A stretch of 64,000 bases of DNA from assembly GCA_965232515.1 (NCBI GenBank), contig CBDDPY010000002.1, forward strand, positions 4,928,001 to 4,992,000. The letters run 5' to 3'. Shown in pieces: positions 38,403 through 46,724 of this stretch. Origin of the DNA: Alphaproteobacteria bacterium (GTDB lineage Bacteria > Pseudomonadota > Alphaproteobacteria > GCA-2731375). Made by a program: the position numbers and the translations under genes. How positions within the stretch are numbered: the first letter of the stretch is position 1; each line of letters begins with the position of its first letter. A model generated the notes under the pieces. The model did no database searches. It saw only the letters and a program-made list of their open reading frames with translations, and was not told the origin of the DNA.

Positions 38403-39497
38403 ATGTCCACGCTTGGTTTTGCCGAATATCTCTGGCTTGACGGCAGTCAGCCGACACAGCGTATCCGCTCGAAGGCGCGGGTCGTCCAGGTCCCCGAACA
38501 GCCCGACGCGGCCGATTTTCCGGAATGGAGCTTCGACGGCTCGTCGACCGAACAGGCGACCGGCGACGATTCCGATTGCTTCCTGCTGCCCGTGCGCGTC
38601 GCCGCCGACCCGCTGCAGGGGCCGGGCCATTACCTGGTGCTCTGCGAGGTTCTGAACCCCGACGGCACGCCGCATGCGACGAACCAGCGCGCCCGGCTGC
38701 GCCAGGTGCTCGATGCCATCGATCCCGAGGACGCGCCGTGGGTCGGCTTCGAGCAGGAATACACGATCTATCGCGACGGCCGTCCGCTCGGCTTTCCGGC
38801 GAACGGGTTCCCCGGGCCGCAGGGGCCTTACTACTGCGGCGTCGGCGCGGACCGCGCCTTCGGCCGTGACGTGGTGTTGCGCCACGCGCATGCCTGCCTT
38901 GCCGCCGGCTTGCGTTTCTACGGCATCAACGCCGAGGTGATGCCCGGCCAGTGGGAGTTCCAGATCGGCTACCGCGGCATCGAGGACGAAACCGGCGATG
39001 CGCTCGCCATGGCCGACCATCTCTGGATGGCGCGTTACCTGCTGCACCGCGTCGGCGAGGCCGCCGGCGTGATGATCTCGTTCGACAACAAGCCGGTGCA
39101 GGGCGACTGGAACGGCGCCGGCATGCACACGAACTTCTCGACCTCGGCGACCCGCGATCCGCGGCGCGGCTTCGACGCCATTCATCAGGCCGTCGCCAGC
39201 CTGGAAGACAGTCACGAGTTCCATATCGGCTATTACGGCGACCGCCTCTACGAACGGCTGACCGGCCTGCACGAGACCTGCGACATCGACACCTTCAAGT
39301 CGGGTGTCGCGCATCGCGGCGCCTCGATCCGGATCCCGCATCCGGTGGCGATCAAGGGCCACGGTTATCTGGAGGACCGCCGTCCCGGCGCCAACGCCGA
39401 TCCCTATCTCGTCGCCGCCTGCCTGATCGCGACGGTCTGTGACGCCACGCAGGCGTTCCATGCCTTCGACTTGGGCGACCAGGCGGTCGCTGCCTAA
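38403..39497 (+). CDS. glnII: Glutamine synthetase type II
   Basis: EYLWLDG, WSFDGSST, GFEQEY, QGPYYCGVG, NAEVMPGQWEFQ, DWNGAGMHTNFS, RLTGLHET, RGASIRIP, YLEDRRP; 364 aa. Confidence 0.92.
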   Translation: MSTLGFAEYLWLDGSQPTQRIRSKARVVQVPEQPDAADFPEWSFDGSSTEQATGDDSDCFLLPVRVAADPLQGPGHYLVLCEVLNPDGTPHATNQRARLRQVLDAIDPEDAPWVGFEQEYTIYRDGRPLGFPANGFPGPQGPYYCGVGADRAFGRDVVLRHAHACLAAGLRFYGINAEVMPGQWEFQIGYRGIEDETGDALAMADHLWMARYLLHRVGEAAGVMISFDNKPVQGDWNGAGMHTNFSTSATRDPRRGFDAIHQAVASLEDSHEFHIGYYGDRLYERLTGLHETCDIDTFKSGVAHRGASIRIPHPVAIKGHGYLEDRRPGANADPYLVAACLIATVCDATQAFHAFDLGDQAVAA

Positions 39498-39499
39498 GC

Positions 39500-39521
39500 G
39501 CGGCGCCCCATGGGGCGCCGC
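39500..39521. repeat. 22-bp perfect GC palindrome between GS and amt
   Basis: GCGGCGCCCCATGGGGCGCCGC; no U-tract follows. Confidence 0.7.
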
Positions 39522-39538
39522 ATTCATCGGAGAAGAAA

Positions 39539-40837
39539 ATGAAACGCTTCAATCTCGCGATCGGCCTCACGGCGGCATTGGCGTCGCTCTTGGCCGCGCC
39601 GGCCCTGGCGGCGGATCCGACCGCCGCCGAGGTCGGCTTCATCCTCAACAATCTGTTCGTGCTGCTGTGCGGCGCGCTGGTCATGTTCATGGCCGCCGGC
39701 TTCGCCATGCTCGAGGCCGGCACGGTCCGCAGCAAGTCGGTGGCGGCGATCTGCACCAAGAACATTGCGCTTTACGCCATCGCCGGCGTGATGTTCTTCG
39801 CCTCGGGCTATCAGTTGATGTATGGCGACAGCACGGGCGGTCTCTTCGGCACGCTGGGGTTCTGGCAGGCCGACGATAGCGCCATCGCAGCCGGCGACCT
39901 GTCGGCCGGTCTGGCGCCGGCCACCGACTGGTTCTTCCAGATGGTGTTCGTCGCCACCGCCGCCTCGGTGGTCTCGGGCGCGCTCGCCGAGCGGGCCCGT
40001 TTCTGGGGCTTCGCCGCCTTCACCGTTGTGCTGGCCGGTCTGATCTATCCCGTGATCGGGCATTGGACCTGGGGCGGCGGCTGGCTCGCCGAGCTCGGCT
40101 TCGTCGACTTCGCCGGCTCCACGATCGTGCACTCGGTCGGCGGCTGGGCCGCCTTGGCCGGCGCGGTCATCATCGGCGCGCGGCAGGGCCGGTTCGACAA
40201 GAACGGCAAGGCCCGCGTGATGCTGCCGTCGTCGATGCCGCACGTGACGTTGGGCACGTTCATCCTTTGGCTCGGCTGGTTCGGCTTCAACGGCGGCTCG
40301 CAGCTGTCGCTGTCCAGCGTCGACGATGTCGTCGCGGTGGCGCACATCTTCGTCAACACCAACGTCGCCGCCGCGGCGGGCGTGGTGACCATCGCCATTG
40401 CCAGCCAGCTGATGCTGCGGCGTCTCGACCTGCCGCTGATCCTGAACGGCGCGCTTGCCGGCCTGGTCAGCATCACGGCCGAGCCGTTCGCGCCGACGAT
40501 CTGGCAGGCCATGCTGATCGGCGCCGTCGGCGCGCTGGTGATGATGGCGGCCAGCCGTCTGATGGAAGCGCTGTCGATCGACGACGTGGTCGGCGCGGTG
40601 CCGGTGCACCTGGCGGCCGGCATCTGGGGCACGCTCGCCGTGGCGCTCACCAATGCGGACGCCAGCTTCGCCGTCCAGGCAATCGGCGTTGCCGCCGTCG
40701 GCGTCTTCGTCGGCTCGGTTTCGCTGGTCGCGTGGCTCGCGCTCAAGGCGACCGTCGGCATCCGGCTGCGGCGCGCGCACGAAGAAGCGGGCGGGGATAT
40801 CGCCGAGCTCGGTATCCGCGCTTACAACCTGTCATGA
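39539..40837 (+). CDS. amt: Ammonium transporter (Amt family)
   Basis: GFAMLEAG, FQMVF, DFAGSTIVHSVGG, GWFGFNGGS, IDDVVGAVPVH; twin His and Phe gate intact; signal peptide. Confidence 0.93.
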   Translation: MKRFNLAIGLTAALASLLAAPALAADPTAAEVGFILNNLFVLLCGALVMFMAAGFAMLEAGTVRSKSVAAICTKNIALYAIAGVMFFASGYQLMYGDSTGGLFGTLGFWQADDSAIAAGDLSAGLAPATDWFFQMVFVATAASVVSGALAERARFWGFAAFTVVLAGLIYPVIGHWTWGGGWLAELGFVDFAGSTIVHSVGGWAALAGAVIIGARQGRFDKNGKARVMLPSSMPHVTLGTFILWLGWFGFNGGSQLSLSSVDDVVAVAHIFVNTNVAAAAGVVTIAIASQLMLRRLDLPLILNGALAGLVSITAEPFAPTIWQAMLIGAVGALVMMAASRLMEALSIDDVVGAVPVHLAAGIWGTLAVALTNADASFAVQAIGVAAVGVFVGSVSLVAWLALKATVGIRLRRAHEEAGGDIAELGIRAYNLS

Positions 40838-40903
40838 CCTTGACATGACCTTGGTGGGGGCCGGCCGTCGCGCCGGTCCCCATCCTCTTTGGATGATCAG
40901 ACA

Positions 40904-42496
40904 ATGAATGCAAACATCTCGAATATCGTGTTCAAGGCGCTGGACGAGACCGGCGCCGGTGTCGTTCCGGCCAAGGACATCTGGGCGCGACTCGCCCAGG
41001 CCGGCCTGACCCGGGACGACCCCCGGCTGTCGGCGCTGTCCGAGCGCCTGGCGCGGCGGGCGGAGGACGGCGACGGCATGGTCGATGCCGCGTCCTTCGT
41101 CGAACTGGTCCACACCGGCCAAACGCTGTTGGAACGCACGCTGAAGGACGAGCTGGTGATCCCGCAGTTCGCGGACTTTGCCGGACACCTGCAGCGGCTC
41201 TATGACGAGATCAAGCCGCAGACGTCGGGCGAGGTCGCGAACTACATCCCGCAGCTCGCCCGCGTGGCGCCTGAACAGTTCGGCGTCTCGATCTGCACGA
41301 TCGACGGTCAGCGCCTCAACCTCGGCGACTTCGACACCAAGTTCACCTTCCAGTCTGCCTGCAAGCCGTTGCTGTATTGCGGCGCGCTCGAGGCCTGGGG
41401 CGAACAGCATGTACACCGGCATGTCGGCCGCGAGCCGAGCGGCATGTCGTTCAACGAGCTGTCGCTCAACAAGAACGGCCAGCCGCACAATCCGATGATC
41501 AATGCCGGCGGCGTCATGTCAGCCAGCTTCTGGCACCCGGACCTGCCCATGGCCGGCCGCTTCGAGCGATTGAGCGACCTGGTCGCGACACTCTCCGGCG
41601 GCCGCCGCCCCGGTTTCGACAATGCGATCTTCTATTCCGAGCGCGATACCGCCGACCGCAACTTCGCGCTGGCCCATGCCATGCGCGAGACCGGCGCCTT
41701 CCCGGAAGGTACCGATATCTTCCAGACGCTGGACCTCTATTTTTCCGCCTGCTCGATCGAGACCACGGTCGAGCGCATGGCGACGCTTGCCGCCACTTTC
41801 GCCAACGGCGGAATCTGTCCGCCGACTGGCGCGCGGGTGTTCTCCGACGCGACGGTCAAGAACTGCCTGTCGATGATGTATTCCTGCGGCATGTACGACT
41901 ATTCCGGCGAGTTCGCCTTTCGCGTCGGCATGCCGGCGAAGTCGGCCGTGTCCGGCGTGATCTTCGCGGTCGTGCCCAATGTCATGGGCATCGCCGTCTG
42001 GTCGCCACGGCTCGACAGCTACGGCAACAGCGTGCGCGGTGTGTCGTATCTCACCAGGCTGGTCGAGACCTTCAACTTCCACAACTACGACAGCCTGCTG
42101 GATTCGCAGAAGATCGATCCGCGCGTCCGGCGTCAGACCTTCGAGGCCAACGTCACCTTCAGCGCCATCAACGCCGCTAGCCGCGACGACGTCGACGAGC
42201 TGAAGCGGTTGGTTGCCTACGGCCACATGCTTGACAAGGCGGACTATGACGGCCGTACGCCGCTGCACCTGGCGGCGGTGGAAGGTCATATCGCCGCCGT
42301 CCGCTACATCCTGGCGCAGGGCGTCGACCGCACCCCGGTCGACCGGTGGGGCAACACGCCACTCGACGACGCGCGGCAGAACGGCCATGCCCGGATTGCC
42401 GATCTGCTTGCCGGCGCCGACAAGCTGCCCGGCACGGCGGGCAAGGGCGGCAAGGCCGAGGCCGACACTGCCAAGAAGGGCCGCAAGGCCGCCTGA
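40904..42496 (+). CDS. glsA: Glutaminase A with EF-hand-like N-terminus and C-terminal ankyrin repeats
   Basis: GEVANYIPQLA, FQSACKP (SxxK), GREPSG, PHNPMINAG, SCGMYDYSG, PAKSAVSG; ANK DYDGRTPLHLAA and DRWGNTPLDDA; N-terminal GLTRDDPRL. Confidence 0.92.
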   Translation: MNANISNIVFKALDETGAGVVPAKDIWARLAQAGLTRDDPRLSALSERLARRAEDGDGMVDAASFVELVHTGQTLLERTLKDELVIPQFADFAGHLQRLYDEIKPQTSGEVANYIPQLARVAPEQFGVSICTIDGQRLNLGDFDTKFTFQSACKPLLYCGALEAWGEQHVHRHVGREPSGMSFNELSLNKNGQPHNPMINAGGVMSASFWHPDLPMAGRFERLSDLVATLSGGRRPGFDNAIFYSERDTADRNFALAHAMRETGAFPEGTDIFQTLDLYFSACSIETTVERMATLAATFANGGICPPTGARVFSDATVKNCLSMMYSCGMYDYSGEFAFRVGMPAKSAVSGVIFAVVPNVMGIAVWSPRLDSYGNSVRGVSYLTRLVETFNFHNYDSLLDSQKIDPRVRRQTFEANVTFSAINAASRDDVDELKRLVAYGHMLDKADYDGRTPLHLAAVEGHIAAVRYILAQGVDRTPVDRWGNTPLDDARQNGHARIADLLAGADKLPGTAGKGGKAEADTAKKGRKAA

Positions 42497-42526
42497 CGAT
42501 GCGCGGCCAACGACGGGCGCTGGCGC

Positions 42527-43393
42527 CTAGTCGTTGGCCGCCATCATCACCGTGCGCCGCGCACGTCCGCGCGTTTCGACTTGCCAGATTCGATCCTCGA
42601 TCAATTCGCCGATCAGTTCACCGTGGGTGACCGGCGCCATGTGCCCGACATCCGGGATCTCCTCATGGCGGGCCGTGGGAATGTTTTCGACCACGATCTC
42701 CGCCACGCGGCGCGTCACCGCCGGTGATTTCTCGCCTGACAGCATCAATGTGGGGCAGGTGATGCCTTGGCATCGGCTCGCGACCCAGGTCTCGGACAGG
42801 CCCGCCGCGAAGTCGTGCACGACCTGTCCGGCCTGGCGTGTCAGCAGGTCGCGCACTTCGGACGGTGTCCGCGCCCAGGCGCCGTCACCGTTCCAGAAGT
42901 CGATGAACTGACTCATGCCCGCTTCCGGCACGCGGCCGGCGACGGCCTCGGCCAGCCGGCGTCCCACCAGGTCGATCTGGCGCAGCAGCGCCCGGTCGCG
43001 GCGGCCGCCCTCGCGCAGCAGATGCACCAGCACCGGCTCGTACAGCACCAGGCTGCGCACCAGATCCGGCCGCATCAGCGCAATCTTGACCGCCACGGCG
43101 GCGCCGTAGGAGTGCCCGACCAGATGCACCGGTCCCGGCCGCCGCGCGATCAGAACCGCGATCGGCGCGGCGACATCGGCCAGCCCCTGCCGGCCCGACC
43201 GCGACAGGGCATTGGACTGCCCGTAGCCCGGCAGATCGGGCGCGGTCACGCAATGCCGGCCCGTCATCCGTGCCGTCAGCGCCCGCCATTGAACGGACGA
43301 GGATGCTGAAGCGTGGAGCGCGACCACAGGGCTGCCGTAGCCCGTGCAGTCGAACGCGATAGCCGTGCTGCCGGTGTCGGTATTGAACATCAT
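42527..43393 (-). CDS. Alpha/beta fold hydrolase
   Basis: LHASASS, PDLPGYG, GHSYG nucleophile elbow, GHMAPVTH. Confidence 0.9.
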   Translation of the reverse strand: MMFNTDTGSTAIAFDCTGYGSPVVALHASASSSVQWRALTARMTGRHCVTAPDLPGYGQSNALSRSGRQGLADVAAPIAVLIARRPGPVHLVGHSYGAAVAVKIALMRPDLVRSLVLYEPVLVHLLREGGRRDRALLRQIDLVGRRLAEAVAGRVPEAGMSQFIDFWNGDGAWARTPSEVRDLLTRQAGQVVHDFAAGLSETWVASRCQGITCPTLMLSGEKSPAVTRRVAEIVVENIPTARHEEIPDVGHMAPVTHGELIGELIEDRIWQVETRGRARRTVMMAAND

Positions 43394-43580
43394 GATGGGC
43401 CTCCGTTACTGGCCGGTCGTCGTGTGATGGATCACCGCGGGATCTGCGGGAACGCGTCATATCGGTGTAACGCGGCAACCGACCGGCCGCTTGGAAGGCA
43501 TTTGGAGATTTTCTGTAGAATTCTTACAGTCGCGTCATGGTGGCATTGGCCAATCCGCGAGAACGCGTTGCGAGGCGGCG

Positions 43581-45125
43581 ATGATTTACCGCTTCGCCGA
43601 CCGCGCGCTTGACACCGACCGCTGCGAGATCCGGCACGGCGAGGAGGTGCGCGCGGTCGAGCCGCAGGTTTTCGACCTGCTCTGTTATCTGATCGAAAAC
43701 CGCGCGCGCATCGTCAGCAAGGACGAGATCTTCGAGAGCGTCTGGCAGGGGCGGCTGGTGTCGGAGTCAACGCTCAGCAGCCGGGTCAAGGACGCCCGGC
43801 AGGCGATTGGCGACAGCGGCCGCGCGCAGAACCTGATCCGTACGATCCACAAGAAGGGTTTCCGCTTCGTCGCCGATGTCGTCGTCGACGCCGGGTCGGC
43901 GAGCGGTGCGACGGAGATCGCCGCGTCGCCGGCCCCGCGCGAGCACCCGTCCGTCGCGGTCTTGCCGTTCGACGATCTCTCTGCCGACCGCGATCAGGAA
44001 CATCTGGCCGATGGTCTGGTCCAGGACGTCACCATGCTGCTGGCCCGGGTGCCCGGCTTTTTCGTCATCGCCCGCAACTCGACCTTCGCCTACAAGGGGC
44101 GGCCGGTCGATGTTCGCACGGTCGCCCGCGATCTCGGCGTCCGCTACATCGTCGAAGGCAGCGTGCGCGCGGCGGGCGACAGGATCCGCGTCGCCGCCGA
44201 GTTGATCGAGGGTGCGACCGGCACGCATCTCTGGGCCGACAGCTTCGATCGCCAGCGCGCCGATCTCTTTGCCGTACAGGACGAGGTCGCCCAGGGCATT
44301 GTCGGCGCGCTGCAGCCGCAGTTGATCCTGGCCGAGGCCGCGCTGGCGCGTGGCCAGACGCCCGACAGTGTCGATGCCTGGGGCTACGCCGCGCATGCCT
44401 GGGTAACGCTGTTCGGCATGGGCCGCGCCGACACCGACCGGGCCGAGCCGTTGGCGCGCCGGGCAGTCGATCTCGATCCCGACTATGGCTTCGGGCACGC
44501 CGTGCTTGCGCAGGTGCTGTCCTGGCGGTCCTACAACGGTTGGACCGAGGACTGGTACGCCGACGCCAAAGAGGCGATCGTGGCCTCGGAACGCGCCATG
44601 GCGCTCGCCCGCAACGATCCCAACGTGGTGCTGTCGCGCGGCATGGCGCTGCACTATATGGGCCTGTTCCTGAAGGCGCATCCGGTGCTGCGGCGCGCCG
44701 TCGAGCTCAATCCCAACGCGGCGATGGCCTGCTCGTTGCTGGGCCACAGCCACGCCATTCTCGGAGAGCCGGCAGAGGGCATTCCGCTCATCGAGCGCGC
44801 ATTTCGCCTGAGCCCACGCGATCCCATGGCGTTTCTGTTCCACTGCCATCTGTCGCACGGGCATTTCTTTTCCGGCCGGTTCGAGGAAGCGCGGCAGCAC
44901 GCCGAGACGTGCCTGCAACTCGCGCCCGGCAGCATCGAGGGTCATCTCTACCTGGCCGCCGCCCTGGTCCGGCTCGATTGCGAGGACGCGGCGCGGCGCG
45001 AGATCGCCCGCATCGAGACCAATTCGCCGACGGCCGCCCTGAAGCACGTGTTCCGCCCCCGCACCGAGGGCACGCTGTGGGGCAACTACACCGACGCCCT
45101 GCGCCGGGCCGGGCTGGAGCCGTAG
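43581..45125 (+). CDS. CadC/OmpR-type wHTH + TolB-like + TPR transcriptional regulator
   Basis: EPQVFDLL, VSKDEI...VWQGRLVSESTL, IRTIHKKGFRF; PSVAVLPF, VIARNSTF; TPRs. Confidence 0.9.
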   Translation: MIYRFADRALDTDRCEIRHGEEVRAVEPQVFDLLCYLIENRARIVSKDEIFESVWQGRLVSESTLSSRVKDARQAIGDSGRAQNLIRTIHKKGFRFVADVVVDAGSASGATEIAASPAPREHPSVAVLPFDDLSADRDQEHLADGLVQDVTMLLARVPGFFVIARNSTFAYKGRPVDVRTVARDLGVRYIVEGSVRAAGDRIRVAAELIEGATGTHLWADSFDRQRADLFAVQDEVAQGIVGALQPQLILAEAALARGQTPDSVDAWGYAAHAWVTLFGMGRADTDRAEPLARRAVDLDPDYGFGHAVLAQVLSWRSYNGWTEDWYADAKEAIVASERAMALARNDPNVVLSRGMALHYMGLFLKAHPVLRRAVELNPNAAMACSLLGHSHAILGEPAEGIPLIERAFRLSPRDPMAFLFHCHLSHGHFFSGRFEEARQHAETCLQLAPGSIEGHLYLAAALVRLDCEDAARREIARIETNSPTAALKHVFRPRTEGTLWGNYTDALRRAGLEP

Positions 45126-45137
45126 AGCGTAAGCGCC

Positions 45138-46721
45138 ATGGTCGCGCTCTCCGGCATCGATCTCGCCGTCGTCGCCGTTTATCTCGTCGCCGTTATCGCC
45201 TTCGGCCTGTGGGTCGGACGCGGCGAGCGGGATGCCACAGACTACTTCCTCGCCGGCCGGGCGCTGCCCTGGTACCTGATCGGGTTCTCCTTCTATGCCT
45301 CGAATATGTCGGGCGCCAGCTTCGTCGGCCTGATGGGCGCGGCCTACAGCCACGGCATGGTGGTCTTCAACTACGAATGGACCGCCACCATCGTGCTGAT
45401 CTTTTTCGCGCTGTTCATGCTGCCGGTGTTCCTGCGCAGCCGGCTGTTCACGGTGCCGGCCTATCTCGAGACCCGCTTCGACCGGCGCGCGCGCTGGGCC
45501 TATGCCGGCTTCACGATCCTGACGCTGATGTTCATCGACACCGCCGGCGCGCTCTATGCCGGCGGCATCGTCGTCGGCACCGTTTTCCCGGGCGTCGAGC
45601 TCTGGCAGACCGGCGCCGCGCTGGCGCTGCTCGCCGGCGTCTACACGCTGTTCGGCGGTCTCAGGTCGGTCGTCGTCACCGACGCCATGCAGGCCGTGCT
45701 GATGATCATCGGCGCCGGCCTGATCTTCTGGTTCGGGCTCGGCGAGGTCGGCGGCTGGCAGGCGCTGATGACCGGTCTCGACGAGGCCAGCGTCCGCCTC
45801 ATCAAACCGGCCGACGACGGTTTTCTGCCCTGGCCGGGCGTGCTCGGCGTCATCCTGCTCGGCTTCTACTACTGGACGCTGAACCAGTATTTCGTGCAGC
45901 GCGCGCTCGCCGCCCGCACGCTCGACGACGGCCGCAAGGGTGCGCTGTTCGGCGGCCTGTTGAAGCTGCCGAACGTGTTCCTGATGATCTTGCCGGGCAT
46001 GATCGCCATCGTCCTGCTGCCGCAGCTCGACAACCCGGACCGGGTGTTCCCGACGCTCGCCTTCGAGCTCTTGCCGCTCGGCCTGCGCGGTCTGGTCCTG
46101 ACCGCGCTGCTGGCCGCCATCATGTCCAGCCTCGACAGCGCGCTCAACGCCGCCGCCTCGCTGCTGACCATGGATTTCGTTAAGCCGCTGCGGCCGGCCA
46201 CGTCGCAACGCGCGCTGCTGTTCGTCGGCCGCGGCTTCACCGCGCTGTTGATCGTCGTCGCCGCCTTCTACGCGCCGCTGATCGAGCGCTTCGGCTCGCT
46301 GTTCCAGTATTTCCAGTCGACGCTCGCCTATCTGGTGCCGCCCATCGTCGCGGTCTATCTCGGCGGCCTGTTCTGGCGGCGCTTCTCGCCGGCGAGCGGC
46401 TTCTGGGGCATCGCCGTCGGGCTGGGCGTGGGCTTTCTGCTGTTCCTGGCGCAGGAAGTGACCGGCGTCTGGACCGCGCTGGCGCTGCCCCCGATCCACT
46501 TCACCTACATGGCGCTGATCGTCTTCGGCCTCACGCTCGGCGTCATGCTCGTGGTGACGTTCGCAAGCCCGCCGCAGCCCGCGCCGCCCACGGCGTGCTT
46601 CCAATGGTCCGACCTGAAACCCGAGACGACTGCGGGCCGGTACGCCCTGTTGCGCGATTACCGCGTCCAGTCGGCGGCGCTCGCCCTGCTGATGATCGCC
46701 TTCATCGCCGCCTTCTGGTGA
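45138..46721 (+). CDS. Sodium:solute symporter (SSS, SGLT-like)
   Basis: DYFLAGR, ASNMSG, YEW, YTLFGGLRSVVVTD, NQYFVQRALAA, AAIMSSLDS. Confidence 0.92.
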   Translation: MVALSGIDLAVVAVYLVAVIAFGLWVGRGERDATDYFLAGRALPWYLIGFSFYASNMSGASFVGLMGAAYSHGMVVFNYEWTATIVLIFFALFMLPVFLRSRLFTVPAYLETRFDRRARWAYAGFTILTLMFIDTAGALYAGGIVVGTVFPGVELWQTGAALALLAGVYTLFGGLRSVVVTDAMQAVLMIIGAGLIFWFGLGEVGGWQALMTGLDEASVRLIKPADDGFLPWPGVLGVILLGFYYWTLNQYFVQRALAARTLDDGRKGALFGGLLKLPNVFLMILPGMIAIVLLPQLDNPDRVFPTLAFELLPLGLRGLVLTALLAAIMSSLDSALNAAASLLTMDFVKPLRPATSQRALLFVGRGFTALLIVVAAFYAPLIERFGSLFQYFQSTLAYLVPPIVAVYLGGLFWRRFSPASGFWGIAVGLGVGFLLFLAQEVTGVWTALALPPIHFTYMALIVFGLTLGVMLVVTFASPPQPAPPTACFQWSDLKPETTAGRYALLRDYRVQSAALALLMIAFIAAFW

Positions 46722-46724
46722 CCG

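Noticed and set aside
43767-46604. 945-aa minus-strand ORF
   Set aside because: Antisense to the TPR regulator and SSS symporter, both of which have clear family motifs.
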